Source: Octopus vulgaris
Taxonomy: Eukaryota
Length of the DNA: 64,000 nucleotides
Assembly: GCA_951406725.2 (NCBI GenBank)
Contig: OX597815.1
Location: 101,246,001 to 101,310,000 of the forward strand
Reading direction: 5' to 3'
A program made the position numbers and the translations under genes. This document shows positions 13,433-26,844 of the stretch, piece by piece. Every line of letters begins with the position of its first letter. The first letter of the stretch is position 1. The notes beneath the pieces were generated by a model. The model ran no database searches, was not told where the DNA came from, and saw only the letters and a program-made list of their open reading frames with translations.

Positions 13433-14047
13433 CAGTTTTATTTTTATAGCGTGCTTTCACTTCACTACCGAGCGCAGCTCTGTGTGCCTTGGGTATAGCT
13501 GTGATTTGTTGTGATGCTCTGATGGTTATTGTATGGAAAGTGTTCTGCGTAGGATGTGTGCAGTGCCTAGTAGTGCAATTTTCTGTATGTTATATGTGTT
13601 TGTAAGTCCTGGTGTTTTTGTTATGTATTTGTCTGAATATGTTTTTTATCATGCCTAATGCACCTACTATGATAGGAATTGTTTCTGTTTTCAGATTCCA
13701 CATTCTAGTTACCTCTATTTCCAGGTCTTTGTATTTTGAGAGTTTCTCCATTTCTTTTAGAGACACGTTGTCATCAGCCGGTATTGATACATCAGTTGGA
13801 AAGCATTTTTTTCCTTCATGATCTCTGACAACTATATCTGGTCTGTTGGCCTTAATTTCTCTATCTGTGTGTATCGGCATATCCCATAATATGGTTGCTT
13901 TCTCGTTTTCTGTGACCTTTTCTGGTGTGTGCCTATACCATCTTTTTTCTGTTGTTATTCCATAATGTTGGCATAGCTTCCAATGTATGTAGGTTCCAAC
14001 TCTGTCATGTCTGTGAATATATTCCTTCTTAGCCAGGACTGGGCAGC
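13428..14047 (-). mobile_element. R4/Dong-clade 3' fragment (subfamily D)
   Basis: ORF 13590-13880 (ANRPDIVVRD, EKLSKYKDL, PIIVGALG); near-identical to the 3' part of 40916-42360; between (TAA)n tracts. Confidence 0.92.
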
Positions 14048-14123
<76 letters not shown>

Positions 14124-14129
<6 letters not shown>

Positions 14130-14516
14130 TTATTTTATTTTTATAGCGTGCTTTCACTTCACTACCGAGCGCAGCTCTGTGTGCCTTGAGTATGTGCTGT
14201 GATTTGTTGTGATGCTCTGATGGTTATTGTATGGAAAGTGTTCTGCGTAGGATGTGTGCTGTGCCTAGTAGTGCAATGTATGTTATATGTGTTTGTAAGT
14301 CCTGGTGTTTTTGTTATGTATTTGTCTGAATATTTTTTTATCATGCCTAATGCACCTACTATGATAGGAATTGTTTCTGTTTTCAGGTTCCACATTCTAG
14401 TTATCTCTATTTCCAGGTCTTTGTATTTTGAGAGTTTCTCCATTTCTTTTAGAGACACGTTGTCATCTGCCGGTATTGATACATCAATTAGAAAGCATTT
14501 TTTTCTTCATGATCTC

Positions 14517-14517
<1 letters not shown>
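14124..14517 (-). mobile_element. R4/Dong-clade 3' fragment (subfamily D), shorter
   Basis: ORF 14162-14458; same 3' UTR (..GTGAAAGCACGCTATAAAAATAAAA..) followed by (TAA)n. Confidence 0.92.
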
Positions 14518-14574
<57 letters not shown>

Positions 14575-14576
<2 letters not shown>

Positions 14577-14858
14577 CAAAACTCACAGTTTATTTTGCTG
14601 GGTGTAATGGAAAGTGTCAGCTGTCCACAGCCATCAGACTAAGGTGACACTTGTTTACTGGTCATACTTCAAGAACTCCGCGAAGAATTCTTGCAGTTCC
14701 AAGCAATGCTGATTTTTGTAGGTGTTCTACCTTCACACTTGCACCGATCTTTTTCAGCCATGTTGGTAGTTGAATGCTGATACTTCCAAGTGCACCAATT
14801 ACTATTGGTATCACGTCTATTCTCTTCAATGACCACAACCTTCGTATTTCCCACATTT
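14575..14858 (-). mobile_element. R4/Dong-clade extreme 3' fragment (subfamily E)
   Basis: ORF 14662-14856 WEIRRLW...VIPIVIGALG...LQKSALLGTARILRGVL*, then a 3' UTR and (TAA)n. Confidence 0.85.
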
Positions 14859-14867
14859 GTTATTATT

Positions 14868-15032
14868 ACTTTATGTTTGACTTTTGCTTTACATTTGTAC
14901 AAATTGGCTCCAAGTCTCACTCAGAGACCTCAAGAGACATCAAGTTGGATGTTCATGTTGATGTTATGCCTAGGTTGCCATATATTTGGTTTTGTACATA
15001 GTGTTGTTCTAGAGAATGCTTAAGAAATCATT
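14868..15032 (-). mobile_element. Probable 3' UTR-only fragment of another Dong-like element
   Basis: Bounded by short (TAA)n on both sides, in the same orientation as its neighbours; ends GAGACTTGGAGCCAATTTG...AATAATAA, resembling the subfamily B UTR. Confidence 0.5.
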
Positions 15033-15421
15033 TTATTATTATTATTATTATTATCATTTGGTATTGTATTATGCTAATTCGACCTGAGAATTATGTTAAG
15101 CATGTACATACATATCTGTGGAATATTAGTCACTTACACGTCAATTTCAGGAGTAGAAATTTTGTTGCTGGAACAGCTGAAAGCTCATTGTCGATACCGA
15201 CGTAGAATCCACTACATATAGAAAATAATGAGCTGTAAAGCGGTCCCTTACGTAGTAGCTTGACTTTCTAAGAATAACAGCCTTATCCTTTTCAAATTAC
15301 ACCTCTGCCTTCTTTTAAAAAGAAAAGAACATATTGGCTCATGTAGTTTTGGATATAGAATGTCTGAAATAATAGATAGAATGGTCATGGTTGAAATATC
15401 TTTATCATAGGTCTATGTCAC

Positions 15422-15462
<41 letters not shown>

Positions 15463-16235
15463 CCACCACCACCACCACCACCACCACCACCACCACCACC
15501 ACCACCACCACCACCAAGAACAAGAAAAACTGGCAAGCATAAAGAACCGTCCACGCCATAATATCATTGCTTCATTTGGTCAAAACAGTGTTATTGGATG
15601 TAAATACTTACTAATAAATACTGATTGTACATCACCAACAACTTCTGTTCCTATCTACATCATATATAGCTTCCCTCTGCAGATTGGATAACTAAATGAA
15701 TATGACAACATATTCGTGCTGTCAATTCCCATTCCAAACTAGCTCACTTCACTTACGCTGCTAATGACTTTTATCAAAGTAACTATTGTACAAAGATCAT
15801 ACAATCACATTCTCTTCTCCTCATAAACCCGGACGACTCTTGGAATAAATACAGCAATTGTGCCAAGTCAAAGGACATTAATGTTAATAATATATTCTAA
15901 TATTGGTAAAATGCCACATATTACGGGGTGGGGTGTTGTGTGGATTAAATCGACAATTCCAGTACAATTCAGAAAAAAAAAAGAACAAAACACGATCTGC
16001 TAGAAATAGTAGCTAAATTCCTTCAAGTCCCACTCTACCGTCTAAATAAAAGATGACCATGGCTGGAATGGAAATATATAGCAGTTGTACCTATCTAAGT
16101 GACACTGAAGCCCAAAACTGCAAGGGAGGGTAAACAATTCAGTGAATCAATATCATTACTTAAGGGCATGAACTACTAGAAATAAAGGACGTAAAGCCAG
16201 CATCAAGCACCAGCACCAGCACCACCACCAGCACC

Positions 16236-16314
<79 letters not shown>

Positions 16315-17049
16315 GACATCAGTCATAGCAATAGTTTATAAAACAGTCACAAGACAGCACATTGGCTAAAGTCCAAAGAGACATCTACTGTGGATTCAAT
16401 CGATAGAGGCAATACTTCATTGGTACTCCAAGGACTGAAAAGAAAAGTCGACATTGTAAGGTTTGAAGATCGGAATTAAATACTGCAGGTTGCCTTATCG
16501 ATTTTGCTATCCCACCACCAACCCAAACTGCGTCTTGCTTAATTTAAACTGATACCTCTTTGACGGCCATTTAAAGACAAGTGATCACCCAGAAGTTTAA
16601 CAATAGGAGATACAAGTAACTATTAATGTTGTTGTATAACTCTAGATCAATGCTGACTGAAAAGAACTATGGGTATAGGCGTTCCAGCCATGATCATCCT
16701 GTCCTTTGATTTAGCATTCTCTATCTTGGACTACCTTATCTAATATATCTCTTCCTTTTCAAGAGGGTATAGTGATAATCTAAGGGAGATGTAACTGCTA
16801 TTTTATTTATTGGTAAAATGTCACATATTACGAGGGGGAGTATGGTGTGGGTTTTCTGGCAGATCGAGCAATTTTGTAGTTGCCCCCTCGTTGCATCCTG
16901 ATGGAAATCTTTAAATGTGTAAAGAAAGGATCAACAGAATGAATGACATTCACGCGCTACTGAAAGATAACAGGGAAAATGTTCCAATAAACAAAAACTA
17001 TCAAGTAATTTAGTATATCAGTCAAAAACTAACCAATCGATCATGAAAA

Positions 17050-18027
17050 ATCAACAAATCAATAACTAACATAACACCATAAATTAGCTTTTTTTTTCCT
17101 GTAAACGTTTTCAATCATTGAACTGCGATAACACTGGGGTACTACTTTCAGTGTTTGATGCCTACCACACATTAAAGACACATGTAAATAATGAAGTTCC
17201 AGTCGAAATAATAACGATACAGTATATCATCATCCATGCTTTGGCAAGGTATAAAATTACCATATCACTTGTAAGGTAAATATGGTATTAAAGTCAACCC
17301 TTAAGAAGCAGAATCTATCTGGAAGACTCATTTTCTCTTCTACTCTTCTGCATAACTCTGACTTTTGTTTCAAATTTGCTAGATGAAACTATGAATAGTT
17401 ATTAAAGCAAAAGACATATTATAAATAATTTCTTTTATATGTATGACTTAAAACAATTTAAAAGTGACAATATCCGTCGGGCAAATTATGGGGATGAAAA
17501 TTATAGGGCAAATGAGCCCAAACTACTGTAAGATGGGGGACATTATGTAAATGTAAGAATACTAGATTGGATTCAGTAACTGAAATCAGAATTATAACAA
17601 GAATCACTTATGCAACTACTTAAGAGCTAGGCAAATTAAAAAATAATATAAAAAAAGAGTTAGATTAATTGAAAACTGAACTCAACGAGTTTTTACACGA
17701 TCATAAGTGTAAATACATTGGTAACCACAGTAAAAACCTGCAGCTTTAGCATAAATTAGAAGTTAAGTCAAATGAGGAGCTTAGACAAGGTAAAAAGACT
17801 AGACAAACTTCTATCAATTCGGTTGGCAAAGAGGGCGGAGGTTGATATACATTTATATAAAAAGGAACGACAACAAAATAAAGCTAATAGTTCTAGATAA
17901 ATGGAAGCCGACAAAGAGAAACTGGTTGCAACAATAAGGGAACGAGGAAAATTATTTTCTCGACAGATATATATATATATATATATACAGTACAGTCACC
18001 TGTTTTTACTTATTGATATATATACAT

Positions 18028-18071
<44 letters not shown>

Positions 18072-18400
18072 ATGTATAAATATCAATAAGTAAAAACAAA
18101 AAACAGGTGACTGTACTGTCACGAAGGATTCAGATTAAGAGTTAGCAGGAGAAAAAATTATAGAAAACCCCAACGAAATCGAAACAAATTTCCAAAATGA
18201 AATCGAAGAGGAAAACTCGTAATGGTCAAACTCTGCGAGATTCGATATGGAGCTGGTATAGCCAACAATGGTTCAGAAGCTCTGGACTAAAAGCAGAAAC
18301 ATAAAATCTGATTTTGGTCGCACAAGATCGGTGCCTGTCAATGTTTATGATAATAATAGAAATGCCTATGAAAGGCCACATATTTGGAGTGCGGTTGGTG
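17050..18400 (+). pseudogene. Old R4/Dong-clade RT relic
   Basis: Decayed GIFQGDSLS-like motif (about 17310), INNFFYMYDLK (YMDD region, about 17420), LKTELN, EGGG and QQWFRSSGLKAET...AQD (about 18265). Confidence 0.7.
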
Positions 18401-18619
18401 AATAGTCAAAATATCATTTTGACTGACGCTCTAATACTTTGGCTAGCTTTCTACTTTGCTGTTAATAATAAAAATATAATCGTAGCCTTGAACTCAAGGT
18501 TAAAAGAGGGACGAGTACTTTGAATTTAATGTACACAAAGTGAACAAAGTAAAACGTGCGAAACAACTAACCTGATATACGACAAAAACACTGATTACAC
18601 TTAATGTATAAGAAATAAA

Positions 18620-18838
18620 ATATTGGTTTCAAATTCTGGTACAAGGCCAGCAACTTTGGGCGGTGGAGTAAGCCAACTACATCGACCCCAGTGCTTAAAT
18701 GGTTCATATTTTATCGATCCCGAAAGAATGAAAGACGAAGTCGACGTCGGCTGAATTTGAACTCAGAACGTAAAGACGGACGAAATGCCACTAAGCATTT
18801 TGCCCGGCGTACTAACAATTCTACCAGCTCACCGCCTT
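18620..18838 (-). mobile_element. SINE family 2
   Basis: Head, core and short tail as in the other copies. Confidence 0.8.
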
Positions 18839-19111
18839 TTAAACAAACCAAATATGAAAAAGTGTAAATGGATTCGAGAGGATTATACGTTTTTATCCTA
18901 TATAGTGCAGCAACAATTACACAATAGGAAGCAATACTGTGGTAAAATTTGGTAGAAAAAATAATCCTGACCTAAAGGTAACTTTAGATGTCGTATAACT
19001 ATATAAGATACATTCTTAAAGCCAGATTGATGTCAGGCACATAACACTTAAAAAGAATATATAATACAAAGAGAAACAAAGATAAAAAAACAACTCTAAA
19101 AACACTTAGAA

Positions 19112-19348
19112 TATTTATTTCTTTACTACCCACAAGGGGCTAAACACAGAGGGGACAAACAAGGACAGACAAAGGAATTAAGTCGATTACATCGACCCCA
19201 GTGCGTAACTGGTACTTAATTTATCGACCCCGAAAGGATGAAAGGCAAAGTCGACTTCGGCGGAATTTGAACTCGGAACGTAACGACAGACGAAATATGG
19301 CTACGCATTTCGCCCGGCGTGCTAACGTTTCTGCCAGCTCGCCGCCTT
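19112..19348 (-). mobile_element. SINE family 2 (young, long tail)
   Basis: Full length; TSD AAAACAYTTAGAATATT on both sides. Confidence 0.88.
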
Positions 19349-20085
19349 AAAACATTTAGAATATTAACCACGAAGAAGGTTCCCGCGTGTGAAAGAAAAA
19401 GAAAAATCTAATAAAAGATGACAAGAAAATTTAGGAAGAGGAAATTATAAGGATGGAAGTTATGAACATGGAAATGATCTAAAGGTGGAAACAGTTAATG
19501 AATTAATATAACCTGGATAAATGAAATGATATAAATAGTTATCGCAGTGTTAACGAAGGAAATGGCTTCTCTTTCAGATCTAACCAAGAAAACGGTTTCT
19601 CTTTTAGGTCTAGCCAAAAAAAAAACATCGTGGAAAATAAACGTACACAATAAATAAAATAAATGATTTCTCAATTCTTTATGAGAAAAATGTAATCGAA
19701 ATGAAAAACGCTTGGAAAAGAGATTGTCGCTAGGAATCATTTGTAATGAAAGAGACGATGAATTATTTGAACAAAACAAACATTTCGATACCAAATTAAA
19801 ACACTTTTATCAAGATCTAGCTCACAACTTAGTTATGCAGAACCAACAGAATGATAACTAGAAGATTGCTGAGTCGGTGTGTGGACATTGTAGGAATCCC
19901 CATGTGGACGAGATTGTTAAAAAAACCAAAAAAACCCCCCAAAAAAACAAAACAAAAACGCAACAGTTGAGTAATTGTGAGAAACCATATCAACTTAAGA
20001 GATAACCCAGGTACTACAGTAACCTTTCCATCTAAAACTGGAAGGCACCAGGAAAAGATATAATCCCAAAGTTTTAGTTGAAATA

Positions 20086-21374
20086 TCAGGTCATCCCATA
20101 AGTTCTGTCCGATTTTACCTTTTATAAAATTGAATGAATTTTAATAGTATTTTAGAATGTCTACTGGAATTAAACATTATTTTTATGCATTTGTGTACAT
20201 TTAAACAAATTAAGTATTATTTTACAGAATAATAGAATTAATGTTTCTTTAATTAAAACCGTTTATAACATGGAAATATCCAAAGAGCATTTGAGGCACA
20301 TAATGCTTTATGAGTACAAAAAAAAAAAAAAAAAAAAAGCCGAAGCGGCTCGAAACATACACTCAGCTAATGGGAAAGAATGCTTAAATGAAAGAAGTTG
20401 CAGAAGATGGTTTGCAAAATTCAGAAGTGGAGATTTCGGCCTTGAAGATGAAGATCGAACAGGAGGTCCAATTGAGTTTGATGATAAGCTCCTTGAGGTA
20501 TTACATGAAGAAAATTCTGCATTATCAGTTGAAGAATTGGCAATAAAGCTTAGTTCAAACCATACAACTGTTCATCGTCATCTTCAACAACTTGGAAAGG
20601 TTCCTAAACATGGAAAATGGGTGCCTCATGAATTGTCCGAAAGCAACCTCAAATCCCAAGTTGACATCTGCTCTTCTCTCCATTCTCGCGAACCCATTTC
20701 ACCCTTTTTGGATAGACTTGTGACTGGTGTCGAAAAATGGATCTATCGAAATGTTAAACGTCGTAAACAGTGGCTTGGTAAAAGGGAAAAAGCTTGACCA
20801 CAACCGAGAAGGGAACTTCATGGGAAAAAGGTTCTTCTCTCTATCTGGTGGGATTGCAAAGGAATAATTCACTTTGAATTGTTACCACCTAATGCAACAA
20901 TCAATGCTCAAGTCTATTGTCAGCAATTAGAGCGTTTGAACCAAGCTTTGAAGAAAAAAAAAAGATCCGTTTTAGTGAATCGAAAAGGGTGGTATTTCAT
21001 CAGGACAATGCGCGGCCCCACACTGCAAAGATCACATCACAGAAGATCGAAGAGCTTGGTTGGGAAAAAATTCCTCATCCATCTTATTCTCCTAACCTTG
21101 CTCCTTCAGACTACCATTTGCTTCGTAGTTTACAGAATCATTTGGGGGATATACTTTCGCAAGCCAGGAGGAGATCGAAACCGACATTTCAGAGTTCTTC
21201 GCTTTGAAACCAAAAGAAGTTTACATTGATGGGATTAAAAAGCTTGTAAATGGATGGAAGGAAGTTATAGGTAATCAAGTAAAGTACATTGATAATTAAA
21301 TTTCAATTAAATATAACATTTGATCACTTGTTTCCTTTATTCAAAATTCGGACAGAACTTATGGGATGACCTGA
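20086..21374 (+). mobile_element. Full-length mariner (DD34D) transposon, transposase inactivated
   Basis: Perfect 27-bp TIRs TCAGGTCATCCCATAAGTTCTGTCCGA, TA TSD, 1289 bp; WVPHEL, LVTGVEKW (first catalytic D changed to V), HQDNARPH, YSPNLAPSDY with 34-residue spacing; stop at 20797 and a frameshift in an A-run. Confidence 0.96.
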
Positions 21375-21596
21375 TATTTAACAGGCGCACAAAGTACCAG
21401 CAAACATATACAAAATACTGAAAGAACTGGATACAACAGTTGACTTTCTCACCGAGAAGAAAACTTATCTTAATTCTTACGACTAAAGAAACAAAATCTC
21501 AAAGAGCAGAGAACCATAACTTACTTAGTATTAACTGTTATAGAAAACCATAACTTACAAAGTATTAGCAGTTATACTCTCACAGAAGATACTATA

Positions 21597-21830
21597 AAGG
21601 CGGAGAGGCTGGCAGAAACGTTAGCATGCCGGGCGAAATGCTTAGCGTTGTTTCGTCTGCTGCTACGTTCTGAGTTCAAATTCCGCCGAGGTCGACTTTG
21701 CCTTTCATCCTTCCAGGGTCGATTAAATAAGTACCAGTTACGCACTGGGGTAGATATAATCGGCTTAATCCGTTTGTCTGTCCTTGTTTGTCCCCTCTGT
21801 GAGTAGCCCCTTGTGGGCAGTAAAGAAATA
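21597..21830 (+). mobile_element. SINE family 2 (long tail)
   Basis: Full length; TSD GATACTATAA. Confidence 0.87.
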
Positions 21831-22865
21831 AGACGATACTATAACAGTTAATACTTTGTAAGCGTTAGAAAGAGCGGAAAGGATAGTGTAAAAGCTCATA
21901 TAGTTGTAGCATAGTATAGATAGCAGAGGACTTTCGACATTTTTACGCACTTGGATAATGGCAACATGAGTCGCGTGTAAAGTGGCCTGGTAATAAGCAG
22001 ATACATTAAACATATGAGCGAAGATACAAACAAGGGGGAAACACACACACACACACAGACACACACACACACACACGCACACGCACACGCTCAGAGGCAT
22101 ATTTCAACTTCAGCTGATTTATCCAATTTTACGTCGGTCTCAGCGAAAACATTTAAAAGCATTAGAATGTAAAAAAGGATACCTAAATGCCAAAACTGAC
22201 GTGGAAAATCAAATAAAATACATGTGAAAATATTTACAAACCATTTATTAAAACAGATACGAGCTACTAAATTTTGAAATAATTTCGTGTCACGTCATTT
22301 TTCTAGTCGCATATCTTGGAAACAAGTTACCGACGTAAGTTGAGGCACGCACGCACGCACGCACGCACACACGCACGCGCGCGCGCACACACACACACAC
22401 AAACTAACCATGTGTTGGCGGGGGTGGGGTATTTTCAAGGGAGATTATTCTTTGGTGTGAGCACCTGCTTCCTTTGGAATTGGTCTATAAGATATCTAGA
22501 CTACGAATAATAGTATTAAAAATGTATGCATAACTCTACACTACACAAACCAATGAAAGAAGTCAACAAATCTACAACAGAGGGTGAATTAACAGGCAAT
22601 TGTGAAGGTAAAGGAGAAATATCAACAGTTTTTTTGATTTTTTTGTTTTCTGACAGCAGCAGTTGCGACTATGTTGGTGTCAAGCTGCATCGCCCCAAAA
22701 GCAGCGGCCTTTCTCTTGGACATAATTGACGGCGTGGACAGAAGAAATTGCATGCATGTGCATGTAAATCTCCACTTACATGACCAGACATGTAGTTGAA
22801 AACCAGCTGTTGCATGCATGAGTATGCAACTGCCAGTCTTCTGTAACAACAACAGGTCTGTGGAT

Positions 22866-23055
22866 ACTCTTTTACTTGTTTCAGTCATTTGACTGCGGCC
22901 ATGCTGGAGCACCGCCTTTAGTCGAGCAAATCTACCCCCAGGACTTATTCTTTGTAAGCCTAGTACTTACTCTACCGGTCTCTTTTGCCGAACCGCTAAG
23001 TTACAGGGACGTAAACAAACCAGCATCGGTTGTTATGCGATGTTGGGTGGAAGAA

Positions 23056-23114
<59 letters not shown>

Positions 23115-23315
23115 CACATACACACACACACACATGTATATACATACATACGACGGGCTTCTTTCAGTTTCCGTCTACCAAATCCACTCACAAGGCTTTG
23201 GTCGGCCCGAGGCTATAGTAGAAGACACTTGACCAAGGTGTCACGCAGTAGGACTGAACCCAGAACCATGTGGTTGGTACGCAAGCTACTTACCACACAG
23301 CCACTCCTGCGCCTA
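22866..23315 (-). mobile_element. SINE family 1, full length with internal (TG)n
   Basis: tRNA-like head GGCGCAGGAGTGGCTGTGTGGTAAG...GGTTCAGTCC, internal microsatellite, GTAAAAGAG tail. Confidence 0.88.
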
Positions 23316-23498
23316 TACTGGTGCAGATTAATAGTCAACCCTGTCTGACGAAACCTTTCGTTATAAGTACACTGATACAAATAAATGAATATAGAGATAA
23401 AGCAAATTAGGGCATCCCCCACTTTCTCACGAGTGGTACTCTACCGCCAGGGATTTTTATGAGGTCAATTGACGATCCCGATCCTTTTCTATTTACTG

Positions 23499-23600
23499 TT
23501 TAATAGATTTATCTATTTCATAGATTTAATAGCTTTTAATAGATTTATCTATTTCATAGATTTAATAGCTTTTAATAGATTTAATCTATTTAATAGATCT
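23499..23600. repeat. 36-bp tandem repeat, about 2.5 copies
   Basis: TTTAATAGATTTATCTATTTCATAGATTTAATAGCT repeated. Confidence 0.8.
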
Positions 23601-24836
23601 TGTTTCTATTTCATTTGCAAGGTGCACTTCGAAGATGACTTCAGAGTGGCAGAGAAATAGTCCAGATCCTTCTGGAAGCTGAAGCAAAACTGTTCATAGA
23701 CATAAGAGTGACTCTTATTCATTTCCATGTTCCACTCAAATTCTCTTCAATCTCTTCAATCTCTTCAATCTGCATTTAATATTTCCTTTGCTTCCCTGTA
23801 CATCGTTCAAAATGGCTGTCATTCTTTCGATGGCTATTTGACGGACTTTGTAACTTTATATACTCCAAGAGGGAATGGGTTCCTCCTCGAATGCCTTACT
23901 CGTTTTTTGCATGTACTCACTTATTTTAGAGGGGCAGTGGTAGTGGTATTTTTTTCTTTCTTTCCCACTACACAAAAAATTGCTATCAATGTCTATCACG
24001 TACCTTCTAACAATTATCGCAGGAAAATGATGTAGTGACACAGGTAGAGACCAAAGACTTTTAGTTTCCGGCACCTGTCATTAAGATTGTGAGAATTTCT
24101 TCCGTTATCCGCGCTACGACTTGTGGTGCTCTGAGAAAAGTAGCTGCTGTTACTATTGATGCTTTTGCTGTTGTCCATTTTTCTCTCTTTCTCTACCTTT
24201 CCGGCTCTTGTAACAAGTGGGCTTTCTATCTTATATCCCCAATCTTATCACCATTTTTCTGTACTCACAAAGTGATGTATTTCTGGGATTGCTCTGTGGT
24301 CTTCAGATTGGGTGTCATAAAAATCTGTATATTAATGTAGATCCTACACGTTCACATGTAGTATGCGTCCCACTTGCGTTCACTAGAAGCCTGTACTGTG
24401 CTGCAGAAGCGTCGACGGATCAATATTCCAAGCTTTGACTCTTGTGTTATAGCACCAGTACGAACCTGCGCATCGTCAGTCATCGCATATGGAGAATCTG
24501 TAGAGTGAGTGTTAGCAGAAGAATAGCCTCCTGACCAACAGATCCTGTGCCGTTCCCAAGAAACGAAAGAACATACGCTCAGCGAAAGAACATACATGCT
24601 TACTTTTGTAAAGACATTAGCAGATAACTTATAATTGATATGTTACTCTACGCTTGAGCAACAGAAAGGCACCAACAGATCAGACTAATTGCACTTTTAA
24701 CAGGGTCATAATAATGTTTCTTTAATATTTGAAAATTTGCGTGAAACGCCAAATAATATTATTAGTAGAAAACTACATCTGAATAACCAATGCTGCTTTT
24801 GTTTCTACCTCAAGCAATAGATAAATATAGCATGTA

Positions 24837-25393
24837 CAGAGTGGCCCAAAAGTAGGTTTACAGTTATCACGTAAGCTCTTTAAATTTCTTTTAAAACGTT
24901 TTATTACATTTAAATTTCTATCTTTCAATCATATTGTTTATGCACATCTGAAGCAGACAATGTTTAATCTCTCAGATGCTCAAAATGTCCTCCTTCAACA
25001 TTGCAACATTCTTCAAACCTCTTCAGAACACTCTGACACACAGTGCGGCATAAATTCCGATCTCCATCAATTTCAGTGAATGCGTCAGAAATGTAATCTC
25101 AATTCATTTACTGTTTTGGCATCCTTCTCATAAACCTTGTTCTTTACAACCCCTCCTCCCCCAAGTAATCCATTTGTGTCAGGCCATTCGATACTGCCCC
25201 GCCTTCCAAACCAACTGTGGAAAGGCTTGGTTAAGGCAGTCTCTTACTGTCAGTGTATAAGAGCTTGACAAAATTAACTAAATCATCATAGAATAATGGT
25301 TTCATATTTTTTTATAATCAAGATCTAAACTGTTAATATATGAATGCGAAAGAAATAGTTGAGTAACTGTAAATCTACTTTTGGGCCACCCTG
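24837..25393 (-). mobile_element. Internally deleted Tc1/mariner-superfamily element
   Basis: TIRs CAG(A/G)GTGGCCCAAAAGTAG(G/A)TTTACAGTTA, TA TSD; minus-strand relic WFGRRGSIEWP...GVVKNKVY. Confidence 0.85.
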
Positions 25394-25938
25394 TATACTG
25401 AAGGTGATAAATACAAGGGAAGCTACTTTAGATTCTTTACAATTAAGGGGAGATAACAATGGGTGTGATTGAAGTACAACAGTATTTTCTGTTCGAGATA
25501 TAAAGCGTATAGCGACAGCAATCGTTTACTACCAAGTAAGTTCGTGTTACAAAGCAAATTATAGTCTCCTAATAGAGTTGATTCTATCTCACTCACAAAG
25601 AATAAACATAAAGGATTTTCTATAAATAATTATTTAAAAAAAAGGATATCTGTTAATCGAATGTATAATCAAATATAACCATTCCCCCAAAGTGTGTGAC
25701 TTTCTGCCAATTTTAGGAAGCAACAATTATTTGATAAAATTGCAATTCTTCGCCTTCTAAGTTTAAATCTTGCCACTTTGCGTGTCCTTCTTTGGCTGTC
25801 GATAAAATAAAATATTTGTCAGGTACTTGAGTTGATTTAATCGATTCTACTCTCGACCAAAGTATGATCGATTGTGTATATTCTAGGAACCAATAAATTA
25901 TTTGTGAAATAGTGGCAAGGGAAGCTTGCTATATATAT

Positions 25939-26309
25939 AGCGCAGTCGTGGCTGTGTGGTAAGAAGCTTGCTTCCCAACCACATGGTTCAGGGTTCAGTC
26001 CCACTGCGTGACACCTTGGGCAGGTGTCTTCTACAATAGGATCGGGCCGATAAAAGCATTATGAGTAGATGTGGTAGACAGAAACTGAAAGAAGCCGGCG
26101 TATATATATATAATATATTTTTGTGTTTGTGTTTTTCCCCCCACCATCGCTTGACAACCGATGTTGGTGTGTTTACGTCCCCGGTTCGGCAAAAGTGTCT
26201 GATAGAATAATTATTAGGCTTACAAAGAATAAGTCCTGGGGTCGATTTGTTCGACTAAAAGGCGGTGCTCCAGCATGGCCACTGTCAAAATGACTGAAAC
26301 CAGTAAAAG

Positions 26310-26310
<1 letters not shown>
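25939..26310 (+). mobile_element. SINE family 1
   Basis: Colinear with the 22866-23315 copy; internal (TA)n; followed by (TA)n. Confidence 0.85.
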
Positions 26311-26375
<65 letters not shown>

Positions 26376-26446
26376 GTATAAATAGATGATGAGTAAAGCA
26401 CCGGCACAGTTTAAGTTATCAATTTTATTAAGATTTATTATAAATA

Positions 26447-26844
26447 CTAGCACTATCGCCCGGCGTTGCTCGGGTTTGTTTGGACCCTTTAGAATTGGAA
26501 TTTTTGAAAAGTAAAAATTTTTCATTATGTAGCTTGTTATTCTCTTTGAGTGAACATTTTTCTGGTTGAAATACAACGAAAAATGGCGACACGGCAGTCA
26601 AAAAATTGTAAAAAATAGGGATTTCCATAGAAAAAAAAAAGCATTTTTTTAATGTAAATAATTTTGGGTGTTAACATGGTCCGAGTTGAATTTTTTCTTC
26701 TACGGAAGGAAGAGTAAGCCTTCTTCTATCATACTCTCAATTTTGGTCAACTTGCGCCGCAGGGTCTCGGTGGAGATAGTGTTAGTTGAAGGCTAACAAA
26801 CCTGCCATACACAGACAACTTCAGCTTTATATATATATAGTAGA
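26447..26844 (-). mobile_element. Non-autonomous Helitron-like element
   Basis: On the minus strand it starts TCTACTATATAT and ends with the hairpin CCCGAGCAACGCCGGG followed by CTAG|T; no TSD. Confidence 0.8.

Noticed and set aside
10256-15045. Repeat-spacer-like periodicity suggestive of a CRISPR-type array
   Set aside because: The repeats are variable-length trinucleotide tracts and the spacers are retrotransposon 3' ends; eukaryotic context with no cas genes.
23600-24600. Possible decayed LINE coding sequence (similar at 31450-32060 and 43020-43650)
   Set aside because: Composition is suggestive but I could not read diagnostic motifs.
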